Made by a program: the position numbers and the translations under genes. The notes under the pieces were generated by a model, which saw only the letters and a list, made by a program, of their open reading frames with translations, was not told the DNA's origin and did not search any database. Below, piece after piece: positions 1 through 15,332 of a stretch of 64,000 bases of DNA. Origin of the DNA: the human T2T-CHM13v2.0 reference genome, Homo sapiens; the NCBI RefSeq assembly GCF_009914755.1, contig NC_060927.1; one strand, given 5' to 3'. Position 1 is the stretch's first letter, and every line of letters begins with the position of its first letter.

Positions 1-231
1 GGTGGCAAAATTTCTCAATTTAAAGGAACATGATACAAGCTCAGAAAAAATGCAGCAAATTGATGACTAAGACCTAGGTAATCTGTAAGTAAGGAAATGG
101 GATGTCAGGAGAGAAATTGACATTTGTTTAGATAATATCCACACTTGGTTGGATGGACTATATTTTATAGATATTTTCATTCTTGAATATTTTAGTTTCT
201 AAGATCTTTATTATGAAACAAGAACATAGGT

Positions 232-1887
232 CTAATATATATGTTATATGTTTATTTATATATAATATATTATATTATACATATGTATTATAATATATTA
301 TGTAATATATTATATTATACATATGTATTATAATATATTATGTAATATATTATATTATACATATGTATTATAATATATTATATAATATATTATATTATAC
401 ATATATTATGTATTATAATATATTATATATTATGGATAATATAATATATTATATTATATTATGGATAATATAATATATTATATTATATTATGGATAATAT
501 AATATATTATATTATATTATGGATAATATAATATATTATATTATATTATGGATAATATAATATATTATATTATATTATGGATAATATAATATATTATATT
601 ATATTATGGATAATATAATATATTATATTATATTATGGATAATATAATATATTATATTATATTATGGATAATATAATATATTATATTATATTATGGATAA
701 TATAATATATTATATTATATTATGGATAATATAATATATTATATTATATTATGGATAATATAATATATTATATTATATTATGGATAATATAATATATTAT
801 ATTATATTATGGATAATATAATATAATATATTATATATTATGGATAATATAATATATTATATTATGGATAATATAATATATTATATTATGGATAATATAA
901 TATATTATATTATGGATAATATAATATATTATATTATGGATAATATAATATATTATATTATGGATAATATAATATATTATATTATGGATAATATAATATA
1001 TTATATTATGGATAATATAATATATTATATTATGGATAATATATTATATTATGGATAATATATTATATTATGGATAATATAATATATTATATTATGGATA
1101 ATATATTATATTATGGATAATATAATATATTATATTATGGATAATATATTATATTATGGATAATATAATATATTATATTATGGATAATATATTATGGATA
1201 ATATAATATATTATATTATGGATAATATATTATGGATAATATAATATATTATATTATGGATAATATATTATGGATAATATAATATATTATATTATGGATA
1301 ATATATTATATTATGGATAATATATTATATTATGGATAATATATTATATTATGGATAATATAATATATTATATTATGGATAATATATTATATTATGGATA
1401 ATATAATATATTATATTATGGATAATATATTATATTATGGATAATATAATATATTATATTATGGATAATATAATATATTATGGATAATATATTATATTAT
1501 GGATAATATAATATATTATGGATAATATATTATATTATGGATAATATAATATATTATGGATAATATATTATATTATGGATAATATAATATATTATGGATA
1601 ATATATTATATTATGGATAATATATTATATTATGGATAATATATTATATTATGGATAATATAATATATTATATTATGGATAATATATTATATTATGGATA
1701 ATATAATATATTATATTATGGATAATATATTATATTATGGATAATATAATATATTATATTATGGATAATATATTATATTATGGATAATATAATATATTAT
1801 ATTATATTATGGATAATATAATATATTATATTATATTATGGATAATATAATATATTATATTATATTATGGATAATATAATATATTAT
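232..1887. repeat. AT-rich minisatellite (VNTR) with 14/19/24/29-bp variant units
   Basis: About three 40-bp units (~270-420), then ~63 units of GG-ATAAT-(ATAAT)0-1-AT-(ATTAT)1-3 from 434 to 1887. Confidence 0.98.
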
Positions 1888-3294
1888 GTATGTTAATACT
1901 ATGTAACATATATATTACAATTATAAAAAAAGTGTATGTAATTACTTGTATCAAATAGTGTTTTATCTGACTCCCTCCATGTCCATAAACATATTTCCCA
2001 CACTGACTATCACCCATGTTCCCTCCTACCTTTACATACTCAAGGATTTCCAACTGCCCAGGACTATGACCTTCATGTCCCAAGCACATTAACCCTCCTT
2101 TGGCAATACTCACCTGCTGTTGACTTTTCATACTTGCTCTCCTGAGTTGAGACTTAATTGTATCTCTCAAGACCCTGATATCAGGTATAAGATGAGATCA
2201 AGTTTATAATCTAAGAAGCTCCTCCATGCTAATAGAATAACACATTTGCATTTTGACCTGTTCTTTCTTCCGAAATTAATCAAGAAAAAGAGCTTTTCTG
2301 TAGAACATGGGCTATTTGAGAAAATGTGTATCAAATGAGTTTGTCATCATTTAATCACACCAAGTGCATGCCTTTGGACTCTATTTGTGTATAGAGCTAA
2401 ACCAATATTTGATAAATGTTTGCAATACTGATAACAAATTTCTTAGATAAATGGGCAATGTTATTCTTGTCTTTTAAAGATGAAACTCCTGAAAATGATT
2501 ACAAAGCCCATTGCTTCATCACACACAGACACATCCACACAAACACACCATACACACACACACAATTTTCAAGCTTTGAAAGGCTCATGTGTAAGACAAA
2601 GGGTATTTTCAGTAGGCTTGGAAATCACTTGGCATTTTTGAGATTTGCCAAACAGCTTGAGATATTTAAAAATATTTTTGTTCAACCAAATTCCAAACAT
2701 GTTTTTCTGAGTACTTTTTTTAGGTCAATTTTTATAACCATGTGTAATTTCAAGAAAATTTAACCCATATGTTTGTTTCTGTTAGTGTATATTCAGATTG
2801 ATTTATAACACAGATGTAAGTATTTCTCTTAACACTGGTATATGAAGAGGGTGAGAGGGTCTCCCAATTTGCTGCTTGGGACAGTCCACAGTGAGACTTT
2901 AGATTAATGGTCACAGACTATAACCCAGTTCTAATCTCAACACAGTCTCCATGATAAAAGTCACAGGGGACTGGCTATAAGTGTCAGCAAAAGATCAGAT
3001 CCAGTTACTGCAGTATGTTGATGAATATGTGTGTTCCTAGCATGGACTCAAAAGATGGAACTCTGACTGATGACTGTACAGCACTGTGAGAATGAAGCCC
3101 TTAAGTGCTACTAAAAGGTGTTTACCAACTGTGATGAAAAACTGCATCTGTGAGTAATGCTACTTACTGGCAAAATAGGACTGTGACCTGCCAACATATT
3201 CCATTATTTTTTGTGGCATCGAGTATAAAAGTAGACCCGTTGTCCAGTTGTAGGGAAAGTAGAAACACAAGTCAAAATACTACCATACTTCATA

Positions 3295-3637
<343 letters not shown>

Positions 3638-5822
3638 TTAAACTAGCGCGTGTTTCCTGTAATTCTTAAAATTAAACAGAAATAGAAAAACTCTAACAAG
3701 AACCTCAGATTCAGCCAATGTGCCACCTTAGAAGTGATATTCTCTCCATAGCCAAGATGCTGTAGGTAGGAATGAATAATAACAGGATGTCAGAGTAAGT
3801 GCCAAGTGGAAGGAAATTAAAGTATAGTTATGATGTAAGGGGGCAGACATAGGTAATTTTAAAAACAACAATATTTTAGAAATAAGAAATGATTCATAAG
3901 TATTGCTTGTGAATGCAAACCAAAAGTCAGATACCACATGCATAATGAAGTGTGACTCTATCCAAATACTTACAACATTTTCAGGGAAAAAAATATATTC
4001 TCTGATCCTGAATGTTGTGCCTACAGAGGAAAGAAAATGAACCTGTTTACTAGAGGGAGAAATCTCAGTGACTAAAGAAGTCAAACAACTTTTTGAACTC
4101 TGAGAGCCACCTTAGCTGTTCTGCTTCAGGGTTTTGGGCAACATAACATCTTTATGAATGTTACCTTATAGAACGTTAGTTATACCAGAGCAGACGCAAC
4201 TGGGGATTTGACAACTCTGCCACACTTTGACTGGACTGACATTTCCTTAGCAGTAACAAGCTGCTGCTGTCTGGTGCCATGGGGGCCCTGGGCTTGATTT
4301 AGTAGCACTGACATTGACTGCTTGTTATTTCATATCTTAGAGCTGTCAGGAGGCAACTGATGTCAGCATAAAATTATTTGATAGCTCTGCATCTTGGGCA
4401 AAATGTGAATCTATTGATGTTATAAAATGGCCATCAAATTCTTGGAATTAGGGGGTGGAGATAATGGAGAAAGAAAACTCACCTGGTTTATTGTTAAGTA
4501 ATCTTTTGTTTAAAATTTGGTTCACATAAATATGAACTGTAACTATCTATTAGGCACATACTGGTTGTACTCATTAAACTACATGCTCATCCAATTCTAA
4601 CAGTTTCAGAGGATAAATAGTATTATTTTGATCCTCATTTGACAGTACAGATTATACTCCTGGAAGATGGAAAAGCTGGGACGCAAATGCAAACAATCTG
4701 GTTCCAAGATCCATGCTTTCACCTTGAGTTACATGGTTTTTCCCATGGAATTGAAGATCCTAGATTCATAGAATTCTTTCCTTGAGCTGCCATTGATTTT
4801 TTTCTTTAGTTTTAATTTTAGAAAACATTTGCTCATTTTATTGAGGGAAAATAGCAATTAGCACCTTGTGTGATCTGATAAATACTCACTGAATGAAAAA
4901 TGGAACTTTTTATCATCCTCATAGCTTTTCTGGAGTAACCGTGTATCCAATGGAATGATTCCAGTCGTAAATGGAGTTGGTCAAAGACTAATTCTCTCAT
5001 TACAATACTTACTTTAACACAGTATTTGAGAACACTTTGAAAATGTGAGGAGTAGTGAGTAAATGTGGGGAATTTTGTGATTAATAATCTCAGTAGTAAA
5101 GACTATTAGAAGCTCAGAAGCTCTCACAAAATATGCAAGAAATACTTATCAAATTTATGAATTGTAGCTCAGTTTACCACTCTGTTGATCAAATCACTTA
5201 TTTTTAAACATAGTGATCTTCAAATATAGCCATTTCTAAGGAATGCATTTGCTTCTTTCTGAAAATCACCTGACAACCCCAAATCATTTCCATTTATATT
5301 TTGTATATCCATTGATCTTGTTTTGTGTTGTTTAAAAGTATAATCTTTTATGTTTTTTGATTAACTTGAACAATGACAGATCACAATTTAATTTCTAGAA
5401 TGTGTCTTTGTATGTGAATGCGTTTCTTTTTTTCAAACAAATCACAAAGGTCTGGGGGAATTGTGATTCTCTAATTCGAGCTCAGTATATACCAGTTGAA
5501 AGCATTTAGTTGTGATTAAAACAGATTGAAGGAGATAATCCCTCTGAGAAAGCAGCTTCAAATAGCTTAGCAGCGCTTCTTCAGGGATAAGAACTAACAC
5601 AACACAAGCTAATTCCTCCAAAGTCTCCCTGGTGGAGCTGTGGACGTACCTTTCATTTGTTGTTTTTCTTCCTTACTGCGTTCTATTTGAATTCCTCTTA
5701 AATATGAATTCTGCTTTAATAACACTTTACTCATTTTGTTTTCCAAGAACCAACATTTAACCTTTTGTGTTAACTGATACAGGGAGATACACTTCATATA
5801 ATATTAATAAATGAAGAGTGTG

Positions 5823-6164
5823 CAGGCAGTTCTCAATTTACAATTGAATGATATTATAAAAGTTCATAGGTAAGTCATAGACAATTTAGAACTCGGGATA
5901 GAATTTATCATAGAAATGTTGTTCTATATAAAATTTGGTTTCTTGGTTAACCCTTCAAAGCCTATTGAACTCTCAATGTAGCCGAATATACCTTATGTAA
6001 CTAGTACAAGTTCTGCATAGCGGCAGTTCTATGAGAATACTTCTAACCAATGTTCTGGATTCAATATCGGGAAGAAAAAACGCCTTTTCCTTGGGAGTGC
6101 CTTCAAATTTATTTCGTTCACAGTGTATGTCATTTCGAGGGTCGGAGAAACTGACAGGTCTGTA
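5823..6164 (+). mobile_element. Ancient Tigger (TcMar) DNA transposon fragment, Tigger15a-like
   Basis: CAGGCAGTTCTCAATTTAC terminus, then AAAAGTTC...TAAGTC...GAACTCGG...CATAGAAA...AAAGCCTATT, resembling old Tigger consensus ends as I recall them. Confidence 0.5.
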
Positions 6165-6564
6165 TCTTCTGGGAGTAGTGTGCTGGAGATGGGAGAAAGA
6201 GAAAGAACTAGATAAATAACAAATTGTAGGGTGAGATTTTCTTCATTTTCCTATTCGCTTGGATATGCTGTAACTCCATTTTACAATTTAAGACCATGCC
6301 CTTGAAAACCGGACCCATTATTGGAGAAGGGATGAGTAAAGTGCATATATGGACCCCAACTATTAAAGGCTAAGAAAAGAAAAATGGAAGCAAATGCCCA
6401 ATGACAATAGGCAAAGAAGTTATGACTCCTTCAGCCAAGCCCAACTGAAGATAGAAGTGGTACAGATCTCATGTTCCTGGATATTAGACACATATGGAGC
6501 AATGAAATTTCAAAAACTATGTTGACCCTTAACTATCTGTATTAAAAAACATTGAAGATTTAAT

Positions 6565-6915
<351 letters not shown>

Positions 6916-9026
6916 TTACTCACCCGCTTTTCCTTCCCCACTTCCCCCACACCCCTCTGCCCCCATCACTTCCTCTTCCCTCCCAAAATTGCTTTAAGGA
7001 TTTTCCTTTCTGCTGCGCCCATGATGCAGTGATGGTGAGCCACACAGTACATTACTGTAAGTCCCTGTTGAGTTGAGGAATTAACCAAATGCTACCACAG
7101 AGTTTATTAATAAAGTTTAGGCCAAATTGTGAACGGAATTATATTTTAAGACACAGAACACAGTTTGCTATGTAAAGTTTTGTAAGCTGGAGCAACAATG
7201 CAGAAACTAATATTCTGTGAAGAGTTCCTAGCAAGCCAGAATTAATTGACTACCAGCGTCTAACCAAACCTAAAGTTCTAATCTAGCTTTTATATACAGA
7301 TCACCTGCCAGCACTTCATCATTTTGTATATGCTGTTTGCTATGCTATTATTTGGTGATTGATCTGCTGTTTAACTTATAGTAATGATGATGGCCTGGCG
7401 TTAACAATAATGGCATATGTTAAAAATGTAAGAGAGCATCTCAGCAATAAAAGAGATAGATATAGTTCAGAACCTTTTCACATTGCATTGCCCCTGTTAA
7501 TGTTTCACAACACTTTATACTCTGAAAAAATAAAAATAAAAAAAGGAAGTGGCATAAAAATAGCATGTAAAGTGTTATTCCCACATGCTGTTCTTGGTCT
7601 TTGGCATGCCTGTTATCCCCACATTCTCCAAAAATGACAAGAATGCATCCCATCTGATACATCCTGTGAAAAATTTAAGAGCATATTTGAAAACACAAAA
7701 TACTGTTTTCATAAACTGCTGAAATCTGTGATAGTTTGGCAGTAATCACAGGAACAATGCTGGAACACAACTTTTAATTTTTTCTTTTCCTTGCGTTCTC
7801 TTGTCAAACTCAGTGAACTTCCCTGTTCTGTATTGCTTTCTGATGTGTTGATCCAAGTCTCCCTAAAACCCACATGCTAATTCCTGAACAGAGTTTAACA
7901 CTTGACTTTTCCCCATTAATTAATAGTCCAGTGTTGATATCGATGTAGTCTTTCTTTTGTGGATAAAAAGAAGCAATCTGAAGCTAATTTAGCATTGGGA
8001 AAAGTAGTAACACAGCTTTTAAGAAAAAGAGGAATGAAGCAATGGGCAAAACCAGCTGTAAGATCTTCTAGACGGATACGTGTGGCTACAGTTCTATCAA
8101 GGCAAGAATTGGCAGAACTTTGGAAACTTCTGTTTCTATTTTTATTCTTTTATACTCCTTCAGAATTTAAGAGTCACTCCTTGTCTCCATGACAAAACAT
8201 AACAAATGCTGTTTGTTCTAGTGTTTAGGCTAATGACATAACGTGTTAACCCTTGGTTACACAGAATAACCTTCACATTAAGAGTAATCCTGCACCATTT
8301 ATGAAACATAAGCATCACACCTGGCAGCTTTTTGTCAATAAGCATATTTAAAAGAAATTCCAAAACAAAGAGTTCAGTGTAGTGACAGTGATACTATAGT
8401 GACTTCTTCAGCCATGTTTTGCTGGATAATTAATTCTCCTTAATTCTGATTCTCTCCTGCCCTGTGCCTCACATTGGGTCTATACTTCCCACAGTGCTTA
8501 GGAGATGTGCATTCATCCAATTTGTACAGTCAGTCTAAGGATTCAGGCAGACTACATAATTCGTTAGAATACACTGACTGTGTTGACCAGATTATAACCT
8601 GTCTCTGCTTTTGGTGTTATGTGAGGGCGGCACAATGACAGAAACAATGGTAGCTAATACCTATGTATGCTTACTGTATTTGGCACAGATTATCTCATTT
8701 AGTTCTCACAGTCCCAAGCTTGGAGTTATAAAGGAAGAATTCTTGGAGATGATGGAAGCTCAATAAAGCCAAAAAACATGAACTTCACCATTAGACAGAC
8801 TCAAACTAAGTTAGTAATATTTCTACTTTTCCTTTTTTTCTTTTTTAATATAAATTAAACCATTTACTCCTCTCCTCTACCCTAAAGTCCAAATGTAATA
8901 TATATTAAGGGATATGATTTGTCCTGATTTGGTGTCCATACAAATTCTCTGTGTCAGAGAATAACCTAGAACTTGGTATGCTTTATGATTAATAATCTTT
9001 CAATATGTTGTTAAAGATTTTATTTA

Positions 9027-9340
<314 letters not shown>

Positions 9341-10482
9341 AGATTATACTTATACTTGAGTAGCAGTCAGTTATAAATGAGCTGAGAGGGTGAAGTAAAG
9401 AAGCCTGTATAGACAAATGAACAGAGACAGACTTTTGTGATGCGTCTTTAAGGGATTATTAGAAGATCATTTTGGAGTGGACAACTCAAGAAAGAAAACT
9501 TTGGTGGGAGGTTTTACAAGGTCTTCAAGGCAGGCAAAGAAATGTGGGTTTTGATCTGACCACATTATATGCACTTTGCTTATTTATCGTTGAGGTATAT
9601 TACTGAACACTGTCTTATCCTATTTCAGTAATAATCTTTGTTTATTTGGTAAAGTATTATTTTTTTAAGGGTTAGCAATTCTAAGTTCCACCATGAAGCA
9701 GTCAAGTGAAATTGTTTCTCAGTATTTGATTGACTTGATTCATCCATTTTCAAAGAAAAGGTAAATCATATAGTATTCTGTATGATGTAGACTGTGTCAC
9801 TCAGAGTGAAAAAGTTACCTTTGTCTTCTACCATTTGAGAATGTGCTGTTGAATTTGCGAAGAAAAGAGCCCTGAGGCATTAATCATACACATTCTCCAA
9901 TCTAGATTTCAAAATGTTCAGTAGATGTTTAGGGTATGATAGAAGAATATTAAGCCCGTTAATACGGTAATTACAGTGTTTCTTGCTTCCTTGTACCCTG
10001 AACTGATTAATACATAAACAGGACTCAAAATATAAACTTTATGTTTAGTGAAAGTGCCAATATCTATGTCTGAATTCATCAATGCCATCTTAGGAACCAG
10101 GCAATATCTGTTCACTGCCTAGTGCCTTAGGGAGACTGTTTAATGAGGAGATGTGAAGCCTTTTACAGTTTATTGTTGATGACATTTTGAGGACACTTGC
10201 AGTGGGGTAGACTGAAAAACAATAAAGCTGGGTATTTTCTTGGATATGGTTTATGTGCCCCAGAGTGTTGTATCAGATTTTATCAGTAATCAAATTTCTA
10301 CTTGATAGCAAAAACAAAAACAAAACCTTTTTAGAAACTTAATTTCATATATTGAAGGCAAAGAAAAAAATACTTGCAAATCTGATATCTGAATTTTCTT
10401 AAGATTCAAAGAATTTCAATTTTTCTACTTATTCAGTTGAATTAAAGGTTACTACCACTGTTTTTACAAGCTTGAAAGGCCT

Positions 10483-10823
<341 letters not shown>

Positions 10824-11208
10824 TAGGTTAGATATGGTAGTGTTATAACTGTTGATATCCTTTGTAGTCTGTACTTAAAAACTCTGAAATGGCTTGAGGC
10901 AGTTCCACAGCAAAAATTCCATATGAATGTCTATTCAGATAACGATTCTTATATTGTGTACTATATTAATATACGTAATGTATTTTTATGTCTATTGCCT
11001 AATACTTTCAAAATGAAAAGAAATGGAACAATATATTTTTCTCTTGCCTTTGTTTTCATTGGAACCTTTTGTGACCACCTTGTACTTATTAACATCTGAG
11101 ACTATGGCACAACGCTGTGGTGAAATGTGAGCCATCAGTCCAGGTGGGCTGGTGTTCGTGTGTCTTCATGATCGGGTCTGGTCCTCAGCTCTGTAGGTAC
11201 ATTTTACA

Positions 11209-11640
11209 GAGGTAGTATTATGGGGTGTGTGGTTAAAAGCTCTGGAAATGCACTTTGTAGACTTGAATCCGACCCCATCAATTTCTTAGTGTGTATAGTT
11301 ATGTAACTCATAGTTACGTATGTAATCTCAGTATGTTGCATAACTTAGTGTGACGCAGTTATATAAGTTATGCACATAACATAGCATAAATAACTACATA
11401 ACATACATACTTGATATAACATACATAACTGTTATGTACATAATGTATATTTAGTACATAAAAGTTACATAATAGACATATTTGTGTAATTAGGCATTAA
11501 TTCCAAAAGATGTAGTACATGTTTGTACCTGCTTGGGTTATCATTATAATAAAAACAGATAATGTTTGTAAATACTTTAGCTCTAATGTATAACACAAAA
11601 TTAATAGCCAGTATTAGTTGCTGCTGTTAATATTAATGTT
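11209..11640 (+). mobile_element. MIR split by a low-complexity insertion
   Basis: 5' part GTGGTTAAAAGCTCTGG..TTGAATCC..CTTAGTGTG (11209-11295); 3' part TACCTG..GATAATGTTTGTAAATACTTTAG (11525-11640). Confidence 0.65.
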
Positions 11641-13865
11641 AGTACTGTGTAATCATCTGAAAAGTGCTTGCTCAATACCAGGTTAAAAACAGAGAGCGCT
11701 AGAGCGACTTATTACAAATTTACCCAGGTAATAGAAAACCCGGATGCGCTTCCTCACTCTAAGCAGAAAATGTGTCTGTGATGATTTGCCCTTCTGGAAC
11801 CATTTCCAGTTGGTATTAAGTGAAATCTACTAAATTTTGTATCCTGGGTTTCTCTTCTCTATACTTTGTGCAGATACCTCTGTCTCCCTAAAAAGAATTA
11901 TTTGACCAGATACAATGCATATGATTATGGTTATTCTAGCTTAAGCCAGTTTATTATAATAGATTTAGTTGAAGCTTGGTTATATTCTGGCGTCAGTAGT
12001 TTTATTAACCATGAAGAGGTTATAGCTTTAGATTTGTTGATTCAACCATGCATTCTTAAGATGATGTCGCAGACACCTTAATTAAACCTGGGTGTTCCTA
12101 AATTTCCTCAGACATTACTTTCACCATATTTCTAACATTACACTTAGAAGGGAAGCTTTCTGCTTCTATGTAGTCGAAATGGTAAAGAATCCTAGATTTT
12201 CGTTTTATTAGATTGATTAGAACAGAATGCAAGTATAGAAGCTTTTAAGTGAAAAGATCTATGTGAATAAAAATATATGCCTATATTTTTGTTACAAACC
12301 AGTGATTTAAATTTTAATGCATATGTTTATGTAGAGAAGTATGTTTGCTATTATAATAAACAATAAAAAGCCATTGCTCATGTGACTCATGAAAGCAAAC
12401 CTGGCAATGACTTTTTCTCATATGTCTGCAGCCTACCATCACATATGCCTAAATTTTTACGAATGTGTGTCCAGTATATTGTTATAACCATCTGCAATCA
12501 AATGTGTTATGCAAAACAAATACTTAATTGGTATAACTAATTCTTTGATTCAATAATGAAGATCATCACATTATGTTATTTAGAGTAATTACTTATAGCT
12601 TAGGTTGGGATGGACACTTTTCAGGAAGAAAATGTATACTTTGTTTCTCTTTTTTCTGAAATAGGGATGGAAAGGGTATTAACTAGCATTAAAAAGGGCG
12701 AAGCAACAAGCTTCCCTGATTGGAGTGTAGGTCCCAAGCATTTTACTGATAAATTCATTCAGATTGAGTAAGCTCTTTAAGCTCTTTCTTTCTTTCTTTT
12801 TTAAGTTAAAGTCATACTCTAACACCTATTCTCCTGCCCACAACTATACCTTTGAGTAAATGTTCTTAAAACTAACAGGTACTTCTCTCCTAATGCCTAA
12901 ATGAACTCAACCACCATGGAGAAGTGATAGTTTTGATTGGTAGATACAAAGTGATCATTTCAGCATTGTATTAAGCTGTACGTGGATTAGGTAGTAGCCA
13001 AAGAAACAGGGTGGCCAGAGATTTTGAGGGAACAAAGGCAGAACAGAAAGTGAGAAGAGGCCAAAACAATACATCAGTCGTGTAAATCTGCCTTGGGCAC
13101 TGCTGATCTATATAAAGCTGAATATCATCTTCAGTGACATCTTCGGTGTACCTGTCCTGGATTGCCTGTGCTTGGCTTCGGGCACTAATTTTCTTTCCTC
13201 ATACAATCCAATCCATTAAACGTCTGCTATAGTTTTTCTGGCCTGAAGAGAAATTTTGTTTGTTTGCTTGTTTGTTTCGGCCTAGTTCCAGGCCCAGGAT
13301 AAGATGAAGCAAACACTGCTTTCATTCATTCATACATCACATATATGCTTCTCTTCAACCTTCTCTTCCTTGCTCTCTGACATACACAGGTACTTCTAAA
13401 GCTCTGGGATATCCCTTACCATATAGCAAACTTCCTGGCAGGAGCAGAGGCAATAGCTCTCTAGTAGTGCTTGGGGTAGTGACAGATACTTTCAAGACTG
13501 ACAGAAAAAAGAAAACACAAGCTCTTTTTCAGGAACTGTATATATATATATAGTGGGTCTTAGTGAGATACAAATCTGCCACTAAGGTACCACTTATTAG
13601 ACCTTATAATTGAGATTTACTTGTGGACCTGAAAACTCTGCACAGTCCATAAGAGAATTTCCTGTATTCCCTGCATAGTAGGAGCAAGACGATTATCTAT
13701 CATAAGGTTATCTATATTATTCCATTTGACATTTTTAAGTCTATTGAAGTAAGTGAGAAATGTGGACCTTTGCAAAGATACTGATTGCCCAAACTAAAAG
13801 AAGTTAAAACTTGAAGTGGTAATTTAGTGTTCTCTTCAAAGGTTGTTTAAGTACACACATTATTA

Positions 13866-14237
<372 letters not shown>

Positions 14238-14699
14238 TCAAAAAATATCTGTATGTTCATCTATAGCCATAGCTGTACCTATGTTCTTTAACTTAATTAT
14301 ACAACAAACATGATAGTATTTAGTTTGCCAAAATGTAAATATTTTCCACTTCTATTCACTCACCTAGGCTGGCTTCTTTACAATAGACCCCAAGCCCATT
14401 CATAATTGACCTATCCCCTACTTGGGTCTGCATATGATCATAAATAACAGCTCTCGCTACGAGTCATTATTAAACAGGAAGCATTCCAAGTGTTAGGTTA
14501 TTCTCTGATTCGGAGTAGCCATCAAGAAAAAGGAAGAAACATAGAAAATAATTTATAGTGATTTATGGAATGGCAACTGAGCCTAACTGTATGTTAGATA
14601 AGGCAACTTTGATTTTAAAGAGCTGACACTACGATAGAAGAGAGAGATATCCACCAAAGATAAGCAATGCAACCTTGTTAACTGCTAACTGAGTCAGTT

Positions 14700-15170
14700 A
14701 ATGATGTCCTAATGGTTTGATGGGGAGAAAAACCTCAGAAATTAAATGTTGAAATTGTCATAATGGAGGTATATGCAAGGTACTGTAAGAACAAAAGAGA
14801 AGCCTTATGAACAGCCTTTTAAAAGTAGAATGGACTATAAAGTTCCAGTAACTCTGTCTGAGAAAGTCAAGAATGGCCTCATAGTGATGGCTTTGGAGAT
14901 AGGATAATCAATGGGCAGAAATATGCCTGGTGAAGAAAAAAGGAGATAAACCAAGGGTTCTACTTGCACAAATGCAGTTTTTGGAGGGCCCCTTTGGACT
15001 TTGTAGGTGAATAAAGAGCCAGGCTTTTGGGTGCATGGTGTACAGAGTATCACATCATGGAAGGTGAGACTGAATAGTCAGACAGAAGGCAGAGTGAAAA
15101 GGACCTCTCAGGTTCAGCAAAAGATTGTAACATTTATCCAACAAGCAACACGAAGTCAAGAGGGGCCTGT
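14700..15170 (-). mobile_element. L2 fragment
   Basis: Purine-rich degenerate antisense L2-type text (GAAAGTCAAGAATGGCCTC..., TTTATCC...AGCAA). Confidence 0.45.
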
Positions 15171-15194
15171 TTGTCTACTAGCCTTCTTTGTACC

Positions 15195-15332
15195 TCCCTC
15201 TCCTTCCCTTTGGAACTTCCTTATTTCATTTTTCTGTTCATCTTCCTTTTTTCTCCTCCTCCTTCTGCTCCTCCTCTTCTTCCTTTTAACCCATCTCTTT
15301 CTCCTCTTCCTCTTTCTTTTTTTTTTTCTTTT
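15195..15332. repeat. Polypyrimidine (CT-rich) low-complexity tract
   Basis: Runs of CTC/CTT/TTT seen directly. Confidence 0.85.

Noticed and set aside
840-1058. ORF (MDNIIYYI)n and CRISPR-like periodicity
   Set aside because: Translation of the 24-bp VNTR unit; no unique spacers, no cas genes, primate DNA
5609-5797. Minus-strand ORF with internal AAG|GTACGT donor (MSKVLLKQ...)
   Set aside because: No recognisable protein and no partner exon or promoter evidence
13109-13135. TATATAAA followed by an Inr-like TCAGT
   Set aside because: Spacing of ~24 nt is short, and TATA words are common in AT-rich DNA
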